A DNA stretch of 64,000 nucleotides. Source: Antedon mediterranea. Its lineage: Eukaryota > Animalia > Echinodermata. This document shows positions 26,032 through 39,400 of this stretch, piece after piece. The stretch spans positions 12,820,795 to 12,884,794 of the forward strand of contig NC_092670.1 of assembly GCF_964355755.1 (NCBI RefSeq), written 5' to 3'. Position 1 is the stretch's first letter. Each line of letters starts with the position of its first letter. The position numbers were made by a program, and so were the translations under genes. Below the pieces are notes generated by a model, which was given only the letters and a program-made list of their open reading frames with translations, did not search any database and was not told the origin of the DNA.

Positions 26032-28193
26032 TGTTTACCGAAAAATTCAATCATATCATTTAACAGCATAACAAGTACGGTATAGGACATATATTTGCTG
26101 GCCGTGAGAAGCACAATACCGTGTAAGTAAATGCAAACAACGTGATCTGAAAATATATTTCTAGTCTTAGGCTGGTAGAGTACTGTTTCTGTACTTTCTG
26201 TTTGACCATCTAGAAAAATCACAATAATATATTTTAATTATATTGACCAGGTAGATGCAGTAGTGGGGAACCAGGCCCGGGTGGAAAATATTGAATCTGT
26301 GATTCTACTGTATCGTCATACCCAGCGTTAAAGTTTTGTGGGGAAAAAGCAATAGGCCTATTTAGTGGAAAAAAGGTGGAGACAAGAAACTGTGGATTCT
26401 ATTTTCACTAAAATTCCTTTTCAACAACACACAGTATTCTTTATGTAAATGGAGGTTATATTTAATTTAAGGGCCTACTAATTCTTGTGAACAAAGAGTA
26501 TACCTTTAAATACTTACATTTTACCTTTGAAAAATGCAATATTTGTAAAGATCCAATTTGTGTATGATTAACATATACACCACGTTATTGGTCTTGTTCC
26601 AAAGCTTGTTTAATTCAAAAATTAGATTGCCTTATTTAAAGCAATATGGACTTGCTTGCTTCTTCTCTCTAATATTAACTGCACATGCACAACGCATACA
26701 ATGGTGTTTGTTAAGGAGTGGATGGTTGTTGTACACTTATCTTTTAGTGGTGCGTAACAATAACGTCTGACTGAAAAAAGTCCGGTGTCCCATCAGACGT
26801 AGTCCCCCTATCTTTATGAACTTATTTTTATGAGGCAAACAGTGATTAGTGAGGGTTTAAGTTTTATTTATGAATTTTGTATTGTGTACACATATTAATT
26901 TATTGACGAGTAGCACACTTTTGCCACCATCATTATCCTTCCACACCACTCTGTTTTCCATCCACATAACCGATAGAACGACGCGAGTCAGTCCTCCATT
27001 TTATCTACGTATGATTTACCGAAAACCAAACTAAAGACTTCTTTATAAATCAAAGAAACAGAAACGCATTCGCGCTACGCCCTCTAGAAAAATAGACGGA
27101 GTTTTGACTTAATATTAGCAAAAAGATAAATAGTTTGGCCCATATGGCGTTTCATACGTATAATACTTGAGCTTGTATTTTTTTTTTTTAGATTTTTTTT
27201 AAATTTATTTATTTGTATATCTGAGAGCAAACACAATGTCTATGTTTATTTTATATGCAAATGAAAATAAATGGAGATAATTCACAACTGATAAATGAAT
27301 GAATGAATTGCCTCATATTCTCGTAGATTTTATTGATATTCCTCAGTAGGAATTTTATTATGAAAAAAGGTACTTTTTTAATATAAGGCAACCTTTATTT
27401 TGTATAAATGGTATACGGGAACGTAAGAAGGTACAATCAGATTACTACTTTACTACTACTAGCAGAAATTTCTAAAATCAGACTCCAGGGAGCCTTTTAC
27501 AATACAAGAACAATTAAAGAAACAGCACAATTATGAATTAAGAAGAATTTATTTTTTTCTTAAATAACAGGAACAAAGAAGAAAGCTCTTAAGTAATATG
27601 CTAAAAATTAAGGTTTCTGAATATACGTCTGTGGCTCGTAAACGTACAATTGGGTCTAATAAAACAGGTTAGCATTGTTCACAAACATAGGCCTACTAAT
27701 CCACTAATATGTAGCCTACGTTTTATAGTCAGTTCGAAGATAAAACTCTATACCCCCCCCCCCCCCCCGCAACCCGGATAAATGTTCGTTAAGAAATGTT
27801 TTCGAAATATAATATTTACATTAGTAGAATTGAATGAGTTCAACAGTCTGAGTCTCTACAATATAAATCAACTGCACATAAAGGCTATAATTAAATCAAT
27901 TATTAATATTTTTGGAGTTTTAAGATAAAACTATTAATTTAATAAACTACATTAGGGTATTGGAATTCCAAAAGGGAATCCAGATTCTGTGTTTACTACA
28001 CCCATAAACCATTAAACAATATTATAGGCCTGGTTAAATTTTAAAAACCTTTAAAGATTTTGCTATGGACAACTAATGTTATATCAATTAAAAAGAATAA
28101 GCTTCGTTAGGATTCGATAATACACTACATCACAAATCCTAATGCTATCATTGGCGTTTCATATCTCCAACGTGGTAGGCGGTCCATACATGA

Positions 28194-31100
28194 TCAAAGT
28201 GGTCTATATATTGGAGCACGTTTGATGAATCCATGCCTTTGCTTTTTCTATAGAGACAACAGTTAGATTCAATTTGTTAACGAAATGCATTGATTAATAG
28301 ACCAAATAAATATAATTATACCAAACCGCAATATGGTAGTGATATGGGCATATATGGTAGTGATATGAAATAGTCATGTCTATATATGGGCACATCACAT
28401 TTGATGTCACATAAAGTTTGATGATGTAGACTTAATAGACGCGTAATGGTCGCAAAATAGAAATCCTGGTTAAACAAGACTATTCATATAATAAATGTAA
28501 AGCTCTGTGAAACTTTATGTGACAAACCAACGTGATGTGCCCATATATGGACATGATGATGTCATATTACTACCATATTTGGAAACATCACTCTTTTTTG
28601 TCAAACTAGTTTGATAATGTAGACAGACTTTAGCTTTGCTTACCAAAGAGCTGATCCGAATACTACAAAGAACGATGGCGAAAATGGAAATAACGAGTTC
28701 GTTGGCAGCACCAATCAACAGTATTTCTTCCAATCGGAGACAATCTGACTAAATTATAAAGATACAGAAAATAAAGTTTATGTAATAAATTACAATTAAT
28801 ATGCGTCATGGAAGCAACACAATATTTCATATATTTTACAGACTTGTGGATTTATAAAATACGGTATCATTTTCATGTTTGATCTCTGTCAAAGATAGGC
28901 TACATACGTTTTCCTCCAAGACGAGAGCATACGCCTTCAGTACAATCGCTGCAATGGAGGCCAACGAAGCAATGCATGACATCGTGAGATATGTAATAAC
29001 CTATAGAAGAAAAGTAAAACTCCAGGTATTAATAGAGATAATTAATTAGTAGTTTAAAACCATGGAGAAATAATTCTCCTCATGATATTATAGAGTTGAG
29101 AAATGCAATTACGGATAAGTAGTAGAAAGTGCAAGATGATTGAAACTTGTTCCTTTATTTATTAGCTCTGAGAAACACCAAGGCTATAAACTCAAAAGTA
29201 ATTGTCGATTCTGTATAATATTTTTCTACTTATTTTAGTCGGGATTGATTGCATCGTTGGATATTCATACGCGGGGTTTCACTAACATCATGATGATTGT
29301 GGTACAATAATGTACAAAGTGTAAACATAGAAACATTTTGATTTGTACATAACTTACCCAACCTCTGGACACTGAAGTGGCAGCAAAGAGTCCCATCCAT
29401 CCAGACAATATGAACTACAAATTTACAATAAAAAAAAACCCAAAATATTTAATAAAGATAACCGTTAATTAGTCAGATGATTGCCATATACTCGATCGTA
29501 AGTAGGCCTATTACTCAGGTGGGACTCGAATCATCTCTCACTCCATAGATCACAAGTCTGGCGTTCATAAACAGTACATAATAAACAAATATTCTCAACA
29601 ATCCAACTAACAGCAGTTTACATTAGGTTACTTAACTAAAAAAACAAAAGCTCATTCCATTTGTCTCGACTAATCTACTTTCAAAAGTTCTGTTTATCCT
29701 AGATGTAAAATTACGCCAACAAATATGAGTCCACAGGTGACAAGTCAAAACGCCCGCTGGTGGCGCTACGTAAACACTTTTTCCCCTGACTTGGAGAACT
29801 ATGAAACAATTGTCGTATTCGATTTAGACTTTCACCGTTGAGTACAGTTTTTATGTTGAGTACTTCTTTAACGGAATATTTTGAGCGTTGAGATTGTTCT
29901 TAACGAAAAAGCTTTCGTTGTCAACGTTTTCTATTCAAATGACTTTCTGTTAAGCACAAATTTAATTACAATTCGAATACAAAAAGTACTCAACGGATCT
30001 TTACGTTGACAACGAAAGTTCCCAATCGAATATGACAAATGATTAGTAAAACCAGGGAAATCCAACAACAGAACTCTGAGCGCGCCTTGCCAAGAGAGGA
30101 ACTCATAACCGTTCTTTGATTTTAGGCCTGGCTTCGACAAATACAAGTACCCTGTGGACATTATTCTGTAAAGGGCGTGGAACTGATCGTGCCGGCCACA
30201 GATAAACCCTTTGATCTCCGTAGCTCAGCATCCTGTTGTTAGATTGCTTTGGTAAAACAATGTGTACACACCCATGCACCACTCCAGACTCCGACATAAA
30301 CTTGAGCAAACTGGCAATCCACAAACAGCAGGATCAGGACACCACACACAAGCATAAGTACACCTAACATCACCTGCAGAATGGCAGAGCCTTTCAGGGT
30401 ACGTGGATCGGGCTTACTAGCGCCTTCACGTTCAACGGTGTAACATACGTCTCCATATGGGTTCACATTAGCCCCTATTAACGACGTTCTGTCATAATCG
30501 ACTTGCCTGTTAATTGAAAATCAAAGTAAAATTAACACGGAATATTATTTGCATTTCTTAAAATATAATATTGATACAAAACAATGTTTATAATGTTTTT
30601 AGTCGAATCCTCGTGTATTCTGGGTGTATTGAAACTGCCCTCTCGAAATGTCTATCATCAAACATGCGCGTGCATCATCTCTCGAGATGTTACTGTTGTA
30701 TACAGTACTATATAGGTCTATACAATAGAACCACACTTTCGGGGCCTAATGATGTCCCCCATTAAAAGTGTCTCATGGATAGGAATTGTCCCCTTGTTCG
30801 CATCCTTTCATTGGAAATTCTCCTCTTAGTGGTCTCCCAAAGAAGGGGGTTTTACTGTTAAATTGCTTGTATAGCTACTTGAACGTCGCAACAAAATGAC
30901 GTAACCGCACCACAAGCAATTGGACCCAATCACGTCACAATGGATCATCCGAACTGTCCCTTGTGATTGGTCAACTCATCTTGTGCGTTGGCTATGTGTA
31001 CGGTATTATTTTATTTAAGCTATAGCATTATAGCATTGTATAAAGAACAATTGCACACAAGAACCTGTAACGAGTGTTATAACAAACACTGTGTAAGTAA

Positions 31101-32087
31101 TTGTAAACATAGGTAGTATTTTTGTTTAACGAAAACGTTGACATTTCAAGTCATTCCAAGAACACAAATGTAACCATAACAGACGTCAATCGTTTTCCGG
31201 GTATGGTATTGTTAATAGTAAAAGTATTGTTCCGATTTGTATTGCCCTTCGATGACATAAGGTCCTATATGAATCATCACAAATCGGCAGAAATTTGGCA
31301 ATAGGGAGAGAGAGGGGGGCGTGGGTCTTAGGTAAAAAATGAAATGTATAAATATATAAATTTAATAAACTAGGCCTATATTAAATCCAAAGGCAAATTA
31401 CTGAAAAAATGACAATGCTGTGGGTATCAGTGGCTGGATCTCAATGGAGATACAAAAAAAGCTAAATCAAAACGATAAATAAAAAACAGCCAGAAAAGTT
31501 AGCAGAGCTTTCGGGCAACACATAGCCCTTCATCAGTGCTAGGCCTATATAAATATAGGCTAACTAAGAACATCAAAAATAATATTGAATAGGCCTACAT
31601 GTTCGTACATTTTTGTGACTGTCGTGGGCCCGTCAGGGGTTCGAGGAGTTCTCTATTGAAATTTTCTTAAAATTATTATTATGGTAAGATCGTCCTGGGA
31701 AAAATGTATCTATAATATGTGATTGTGATTTTAGGCGAGACTGTTATGAACTCGTGGCCACTACATGATATTTTTAGTTTCACTGACCATATGAAACGAA
31801 AATTGATGTAAAATATTGTCGACGTAGGTCTAGGCCTATCCTACGCTGTCTTTTAATAGGCCTTTTTCTTGGCTTAGACGGGGTCGTATCATAACCTTTG
31901 TGTAATTATTATGGTTGAATGTGTAAATACCCAAGCGTTATTTCTCGTGTTGCAAATATAAAATATAAAATAACTCAGTGTACTTCCAAACGTATTATAA
32001 CTAATAAAACGCATACTTTAAATTCACATAAACAAATTGAAAATAAATTGTCTGTACTTACGTTTTGTTATCTATGTACGTATACAT
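28194..32087 (-). CDS. MS4A/CD20-like four-TM protein, ~189 aa
   Basis: Exons 32087-32062, 30506-30272, 29414-29358, 29000-28908, 28748-28644, 28247-28194, in phase. Motifs AILQVMLG, GVWSGAW|FILSG and E..ISI typical of the CD20-like family. The first 26-nt exon is the least certain. Confidence 0.8.
30051..30253. mobile_element. Fold-back (MITE-like) element, copy 3, in MS4A intron 2
   Basis: Left end ACCAGGGAAATCCAACAACAGAACTCTGAGC versus reverse complement of right end ACCAAAGCAATCTAACAACAGGATGCTGAGC. Confidence 0.75.
30720..30859. mobile_element. Degenerate Tc1/mariner(pogo)-type MITE
   Basis: TA-CA(G/A)TAGAACC ... GGTTTTACTG-TA ends. Related relics at ~15370-15460, 55086-55253, 60842-60990 and 61327-61575. 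Confidence 0.5.
31500..31541 (-). ncRNA. Minimal type-I hammerhead ribozyme (Penelope-like element type)
   Basis: Minus strand: UAGCA CUGAUGA A GGGC UAUGUGUU GCCC GAAA GCUC UGCUA. Intact CUGAUGA/GAAA core, 4-bp stem II, 5-bp stem I, palindromic AGCU in place of stem III, CUC cleavage triplet. Confidence 0.8.
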
Positions 32088-35000
32088 TATTATTTCATAC
32101 TCCAACGCCAGACAGGACTGTTCTTTCTTTAATATCGGGAACTGACTCGGAATAAAATGTTGTAAAATGGCCGATATGCTTGTTTAGAGTGCGTGTACTT
32201 TGTCCCTTTGTGCTACAACAATGTTTACTTTTTACGATACATAATAGTGGTAATCATTATACTTAGTACCGTGTTCCTATAGCATTGTATTATTATTCTA
32301 GGCCTATTATGTTTTAATTTTATGTCCAGGGTATGTTTTAGTCACTAATAATCTAGACTTCCGTAGAGTTAGTCAGGCTGCAGTGTGAGGAGGTGGGGAT
32401 GCACAGCGCACACTCACTTCAGTGATGGAAAATTCGCCTTCCTGTGTGTAAACCATAGTCTTCAACTAAAAACGGAACTTTTTCAGACGTTATGTAGCTC
32501 AGCTCTCATGCTGTCTCTGCTTATATAAAAACAAATTATGAAATAAGGAAACTAGGCCTATATCGATAATTATGTGAATGTATGATAATATCTTATTAAT
32601 TTTTTTGACATCATTTGGTAGAAATCTGACGAATCTTTTCTTTCGCAATATACCATTTATTCGAATAAACGCCTCGAGGCGTTTAAAGTTGGGGAAGGTT
32701 TTTAGAGGCAAGTTTATTCGATAGAGGCGTTAAAAAATACAACAATTGATATTAAGAAGTGATAAAATACAGTAATAATTCCGCTTGGTCAATGCTTGTA
32801 GATTCAAAAATTCTTTGAAGGTGAGTTTATTCAAACGATGTTCTTTATGGAAGAGGGGCCTTATCGCGGGAGGAGTTTATTCAAAGCGGGTACGGTTTAT
32901 TAAAATAAATACGGTACGGTATATAAAGAAACTTCGAGAAACGTTAACACAACATTATTAGACAGATTTATATACAGAGTGCACATTGTTCTGCTCCCAT
33001 ACTACATCAATGTGATTACTCGAAAACGTACCGGTACATCAAAGATTATTAACGAATTTTGGTCAGAGTGTTCAAGGTGTGACTTATTTTTTTTCGTTTA
33101 TGGTTCATTCTTTTATTACGCAACCAAATTAGTTATACTGGGAATTCATAATTAATAATTAAGTTAGATCGATCAATCACCTAATATTATGAATCATCCA
33201 TCATTAGTAAAGGTGATACTTGTGTCCGCGTACAAATGTCGGTGGAAAGGTGCGATTCTCCGCCCTGAAATGTGTGAGAAATGAGACAATACCGTATTTT
33301 GTAATGTGAAAATAAAACGTTATATAATATATAAGTTGAGAGCTAAAAAGTAAAAGTACTTGATTCAGTATCCCTATCTTTAATGATGATTCAACACGAC
33401 CTATTGTCAGAATTAAATTACATGTTGCAATAACTGAGTAGTTGGCCTATACGTGTGCCCAAGCATGACCATTGGACCACTTTTTTGAAGTTTTTCAAAA
33501 AGGCTTATGTATGCCTAAAGGCGGCCTAAGAAATGCTATCTAACGATAAACTCCTCACAGTCTGAGAACGGTGGTAGTGAACACTCTGATATGACCAAGT
33601 ATTAGGACGAGCAGGGAAGAGAGGGTCAAATCTGGGACGAGGATCAATTTTAGGCCTATACCTGTTAAATATAACTATGTGGTGAATGTTATTCAAGTGA
33701 AATTCGAATGAACAAATTTCTGGTCCTCGGTACATTTTAATTTTATTTGTATCGAACATTATGCCTGTTAGGTCCGGAACAATGGCCCAAATGTTTCTTT
33801 TTATATTCTGAGTGCCAAAACCAATCATTATGCTGAAATCCGGCCTATTCTAAATAAATATATTTTTCAGTTTGTCAGTTAACGACTGTACGACCACTTT
33901 TAGGGAGGCCTATGGAATTTACCCAGAGGTAAAAACAGGTAAAAGGTATTTATTCTGGTCCTCAAGCTTAACCAATGTCATGTGAACAACATTCGGAAAG
34001 ATTGTTTCCGAAATATTAATACTACAGTCTTAATAGGCCTATAAATTATCTACCAACAGGATGAAGAGATTACTGTAGTCCCTGGCAGTCATCCAAAAAC
34101 AGAATTCCGATTTCATAACACCAACTGCCATCATAATATTAAAATGATTGTAATGCTTATCGTTATTGCATCATATCCCCGCAAAAAATCGAACCACTTT
34201 ATTCAAACAATTATTGCGCAATACAATACGATAACCCTGAACTATTTTTCTTGAAGAAGAATGGAATTATCAACAGCGCCCTCTGTTTTAAATATCAGTT
34301 CCAACTTCTATTGAACGACGCTCCCCTAATATAACTTTTGGCAACCGCGCCAAGTAAATGTGTCGCATAATTCGATAGGGTTTATTCACGTTCCGAGTGC
34401 TGAACCAAGGTCAGATTCAGCCCAGTGGTTACATATCAACGGTAAAAATCACTATCCGTTATGATTCATTATTTTTAATCACGATTTTCAGGATTTGGTA
34501 CAAAGGGTTCAATTAATGAGTTGGAAACATTTCCGAAGTTTTCCGGATCATTTCACAGATACACACGTTTTAATCATGGCTATTGTAAAGCATTATTGTA
34601 GGCAAATTTAATAACATGTAACATGAAAACAATGATGTTTGTTTGAAATCACGTGGTGTTTTTTTCTATTCTTTTGTACGGATGACTAGTTCCAGAGGCA
34701 AAAGATAACATACATTACTACTATATTATAACTTATAGTAATTAAAACTAATGAAAGCGGCAGTCTGCCTGACATTAATAATCAGAAGAAATGTCAATGA
34801 TTTTTTGCAGATTGAACAATTTGATTTAATATTTTCAGTAATGCTCTTTGCTCTTCAAATTACAGTAGGACTAGAACTCCTGCTTTTGGACACCCTTAAA
34901 TCTGGTCTACACTGTCAAACTGACCAAAAATGTGATGTGCCCATATGGACATGATGATATCATATATCACCAACGTATTTGGGAATATCACTACCATATT

Positions 35001-36490
35001 TGGACCCATCACACATTTTTGTCAAACTAGTTTTGATAGCATAAACAGAGCTTATGGTCTTCTTATTAAGGGGAACTTTTTCGAACGTTGGGCAATACTG
35101 TTGTAATACAGCCAACCAGGGGACAACAACCCTATATATTAAGGTGACACTTTGTAGGACCCGCTTAAAGATATTCTCCTGTAATTACAAACCACAAAAA
35201 TAAATCATTCAAATTAATTATGCGACTTTTATATTTTATTCAGTTTACTTTGACGATATATTACCTCCTTGGCGTGATAAGTTTACGAGAAGGTAAAAAA
35301 AAAAGAAAAACCAAAATATGCAGATTTGTTATACGGAAGAATCGAATTCCAAAAATAATCATATAATGTAATATAAATATTTTATTATTATACTAGAATT
35401 TTAAATTATACAATTTCTTTTACTTTAATGGCAGCGATAATAAATGTCCTTTAAAAATTAACATTTCTAACTGGAATGATTTCACACTTTTCCCATGTTC
35501 TTGGCAACAACACCATAAGTTTGTTGAAAATATATGTTATTTATTGTAACTCAGTTAAATCATGGTTAAATCAACATTCAAATTAAATTCTTTCATTCCT
35601 AGATTTCTGGTGGGTAAATGGATGGACATTTTTTGAAAAATTTTCCCCTTTTTAAAAACATTCGAGTACTGTACGAGTTCAAATTATTGATTGGATTTGA
35701 CAATTCGGTAATAATACGAACACAAGCACGAAAGTAAATTAAATTTTGAATGCACGGTACAGTATGAAGTGAATAACCTAAATTTATTCATTATTCTTAG
35801 CCTGTGTAAAAATGGAAACCCTCCAATTGCTGTACGGTTTATAAACATAAAATGCATCATGCGAAAATCGTTTGGAATCATGTTGGTTAGATTTAAATTG
35901 ATCCCTCCCGCAACAAAATAATATGCTTCAGTGCACATATGCAAATGAGAAGGAAACATGACACAAATTGATTTTGCACCTACAAACAAATATTGCGATT
36001 GTTACAATCAGTAAGTTTTAGCATCGTCTGAACAATACATTGTTTCATTATTCATTTAAATTATTAATTTATGGTTGCGTCCTCGTCAAAAGACGCCTAC
36101 AGACAAGGTAGCGAATACAACATGGTTATAAGGAGGGCGAGGGAAGCAGATACATCAACATCCAGGGACAATGGAAAACTGTTTATAATGTACTCTGAAC
36201 AGTCATGGACACAGTACAACCTTTGTAGTGTACTACACAGTCCTGAGTACAGTAGTACAACATGCACAGTAACCATTACAACTGGATACTAAACACATCC
36301 GTTAAGCTCACTTTTTGATAATGTTTGTATTTGGTGCAGCATTGATAAGACGCCAACTTCCGATACTATGTTAGAGCAGACAATACCACATCGGGTATCA
36401 GGGTGAACGAACAAAGCAGGAAGATAAACGCCTTTTCAATAATACGCCGGATGTTGATAATACAACATTATCGTTCTGGTTGCGCTATTA

Positions 36491-39400
36491 TTAGAAGAAA
36501 CATGCCTCATCTGGAAACACCGAATCGGGCACCAGCTGGTCTTGACATTTTCTTGAATTCGTCGATGGTGACATCGGTGTGGTCGGACACTTAAACCATG
36601 GATGGTCAAGAATCTCGGCAGCGGTCAATCGTTGCGATGGCTCGACTCGCAGCATGCTACGAATCAAGCATTTCGCCTGTGATGATACGCTGTCCGGGAG
36701 TGTGTATTTGCCACGCCGAATCTTGTCGAATAGCGCCGTAGGATTGGAATCGTGGAATGGGTATCGGCCCACAAGCATGGTATACAGCATAATTCCGAGG
36801 CTCCAGACATCTGCACAGCGACCAGAGTACGTAGTACTGGTGGTCAAGATCTCGGGGCTGACATACGCAGGACAACCATGTTTGTCACTCATTGCATCTA
36901 CTTCAACATTCTCCAATAAATAAGCATCATCGAGTTTATCCAGCTTTAATCTTGTTCTGCAAAGATAACAAAAAAATTACGTTAAATATTTATTTACCAA
37001 TCAAATTCTAGTTTGTTTACCTTCATTGTAGAAAACAAAATAAAAAACCCCAATCTGATTATAATCTAAATATAGCAGAACATTGATGTCATTAAAAGTG
37101 TGGTTACAATAGGCAATAGACACAATGGTATATATAGTAGATATATACAATCAGGAAGTCAATAGATAAAAATATTATCCTAGTATCAGGTGATGGTAGT
37201 GGCCATGAACAAATGGTGATGCAATAACACAGTTCATTTAGGATGCAAGTGTATTGTGGGAATACACAAACTTTTGGAATTACTATTTATTAATATCCAA
37301 AACTAAACTCATTTTTTACATTTATATCACAAGAATTTCTTACTGTAAATAAATTTAAATGTTTTATGTTTGAGGTATACGGGTTTATTTTCCAATCGAA
37401 CAACTCCAAACAACATCACATCATACTGAAATAAGTTTATATACTATTTTCAGAATATGAATTTTCATTTCTCATTTATTTATTTTATAATTTATTTTTT
37501 GTTGTTCACTGTGTAAAATCAACCTGTTAATTACTATTAATAACTAACTGGTTGACTGGTAAATATGAGTTCAACAAGTACTATGGGTTAGTCACAAGTT
37601 AGTGACTAGAGAAAAAAAAAAATGATAATTTGATAAATAATAATGTTCATTCCCTTCTTAGGGTATTACAGTATATACTATAGTGTATCATATAAATAAG
37701 CAGGCTCTCAATGCACTGTACATAAAATTGAGAGAGTAAACATGAACAACTTTAGCAATATTGTTTTAAATGGAAACACACATTTGCCTCCTACACTGTA
37801 CTGTACCTACATGGGACAGCACAGTTAGACAGTCCTCATATTAAATTTAGGTTATAAGGTTACTGGATAGTGTCATGTTACTTTAATGTAGGATGTGAAT
37901 GTGTGAGTCATTATTGTGTTCCTTTGTTCCCTGTTTTCTTCTAATTTGAACCATGTGAATATCATCAATAACATAAGACAGGAAATTGTCTGGGACTAAA
38001 AAGAAAATTAATTTAGTGTGCAATTAATTAGCACAGGTAGGGTAACCGGATTTATTCAATTTACACGGATAAATACAGCTGCCCAACAGCTTATTTATGA
38101 ACTAAACCCCTATTTAAATAATGGTTTCTGCCATTCAATATTTTTTCTATGTTGAAAATATGTACAGTTTGTTCACCAGATAAATGAAAAGCCTATAATT
38201 ATATAACTGTTGGCCCATCATTGAAATTCCTATTGAATAATGGATTATTCTATTTAGAATTCTAGAGTGAGATCAGGTCAACCATACCTTTGCCTATGGT
38301 TCAACCATAGTTCAACAGAAGCCTATTTCAAACAAAATCCCCTATTGCATAATGGGCTCTCCCAATCAGTATGTGGTACAGTTTAGTGAGACTGGAGACT
38401 GCACTGTAAATTGTGCAATCATTTTGTGTGCAGTGTACCGTGAGCTATTTTGGCATGATGGAATTATTATGGTATTGCATAAGACGAAGACGAATCATAC
38501 ATTATCAATACACTCTCATCCATAATATGTTTCTGCTGTCCATCACGACTGTATTGAGTAACTTTTTAATTATAATTGTGAAAACGAATTGTCTTTCATT
38601 TTAATTAATGTACTGTAATATCAGATAGTCCTCATAAAATGGGAAAAATAAATGGAATGCGAGATAGTCAAATTCTTAATTCAGGTCTAGCTTTATCAAA
38701 TTCTTCATCGAATAAAGAAGTGTTGCAAGTACTGTTATAAATGTACTCAACATTGTGTAATAAATCTATTATTTAACAACCCCATGCAATAGAAAGTTAA
38801 TGTCAAATTTCAACAGCATGAGGTCTATGTTAAATTTACCTTCATCTAAAAACATCCTTCTATTAACGAGCATAATGCAAGTGGATGACTGTGATAAATT
38901 TACAGGATTCACATGGATACAGAATTTAAATGGTTAGACAAATCATTTTTTGACGTCCTCAAATCATCATTACAGTTACTGTACAGTACATCTTTAATTT
39001 AATAACATTCCATGATAATGATACCTTAAAAGTAAGATGGCTAGACTATACCATGGATTAAAGAATAGAAGGATATGCATCGACGGTGACATCAAACGAT
39101 TTTACAACGCGCTTGCCTATACTAAAGCACTGCTGCCAATCAAACAAACACGTTCATTGAACTCCGTGTCTCTAACCGCGGCCCTCTGTAAAACGCTGCG
39201 AATCAACTGTTACATTTTTTGAGACCAAAACGTAACCATGTAGAAATCGTATGCGCAGTCTGAATGTTCTATTGACATGTCTGCGTCGATGATTAATTGA
39301 TAACAAACATATATTGCTGAATAATTCTGTTTTAGTTTCATCACAATCGGACTACGAAAAGTTCACTTTCTTACGACTGGTAATTTTAGGTAGTTGGTAA

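Noticed and set aside
27753-27768. C16 run (possible G-quadruplex on the minus strand)
   Set aside because: Simple homopolymer with no supporting context.
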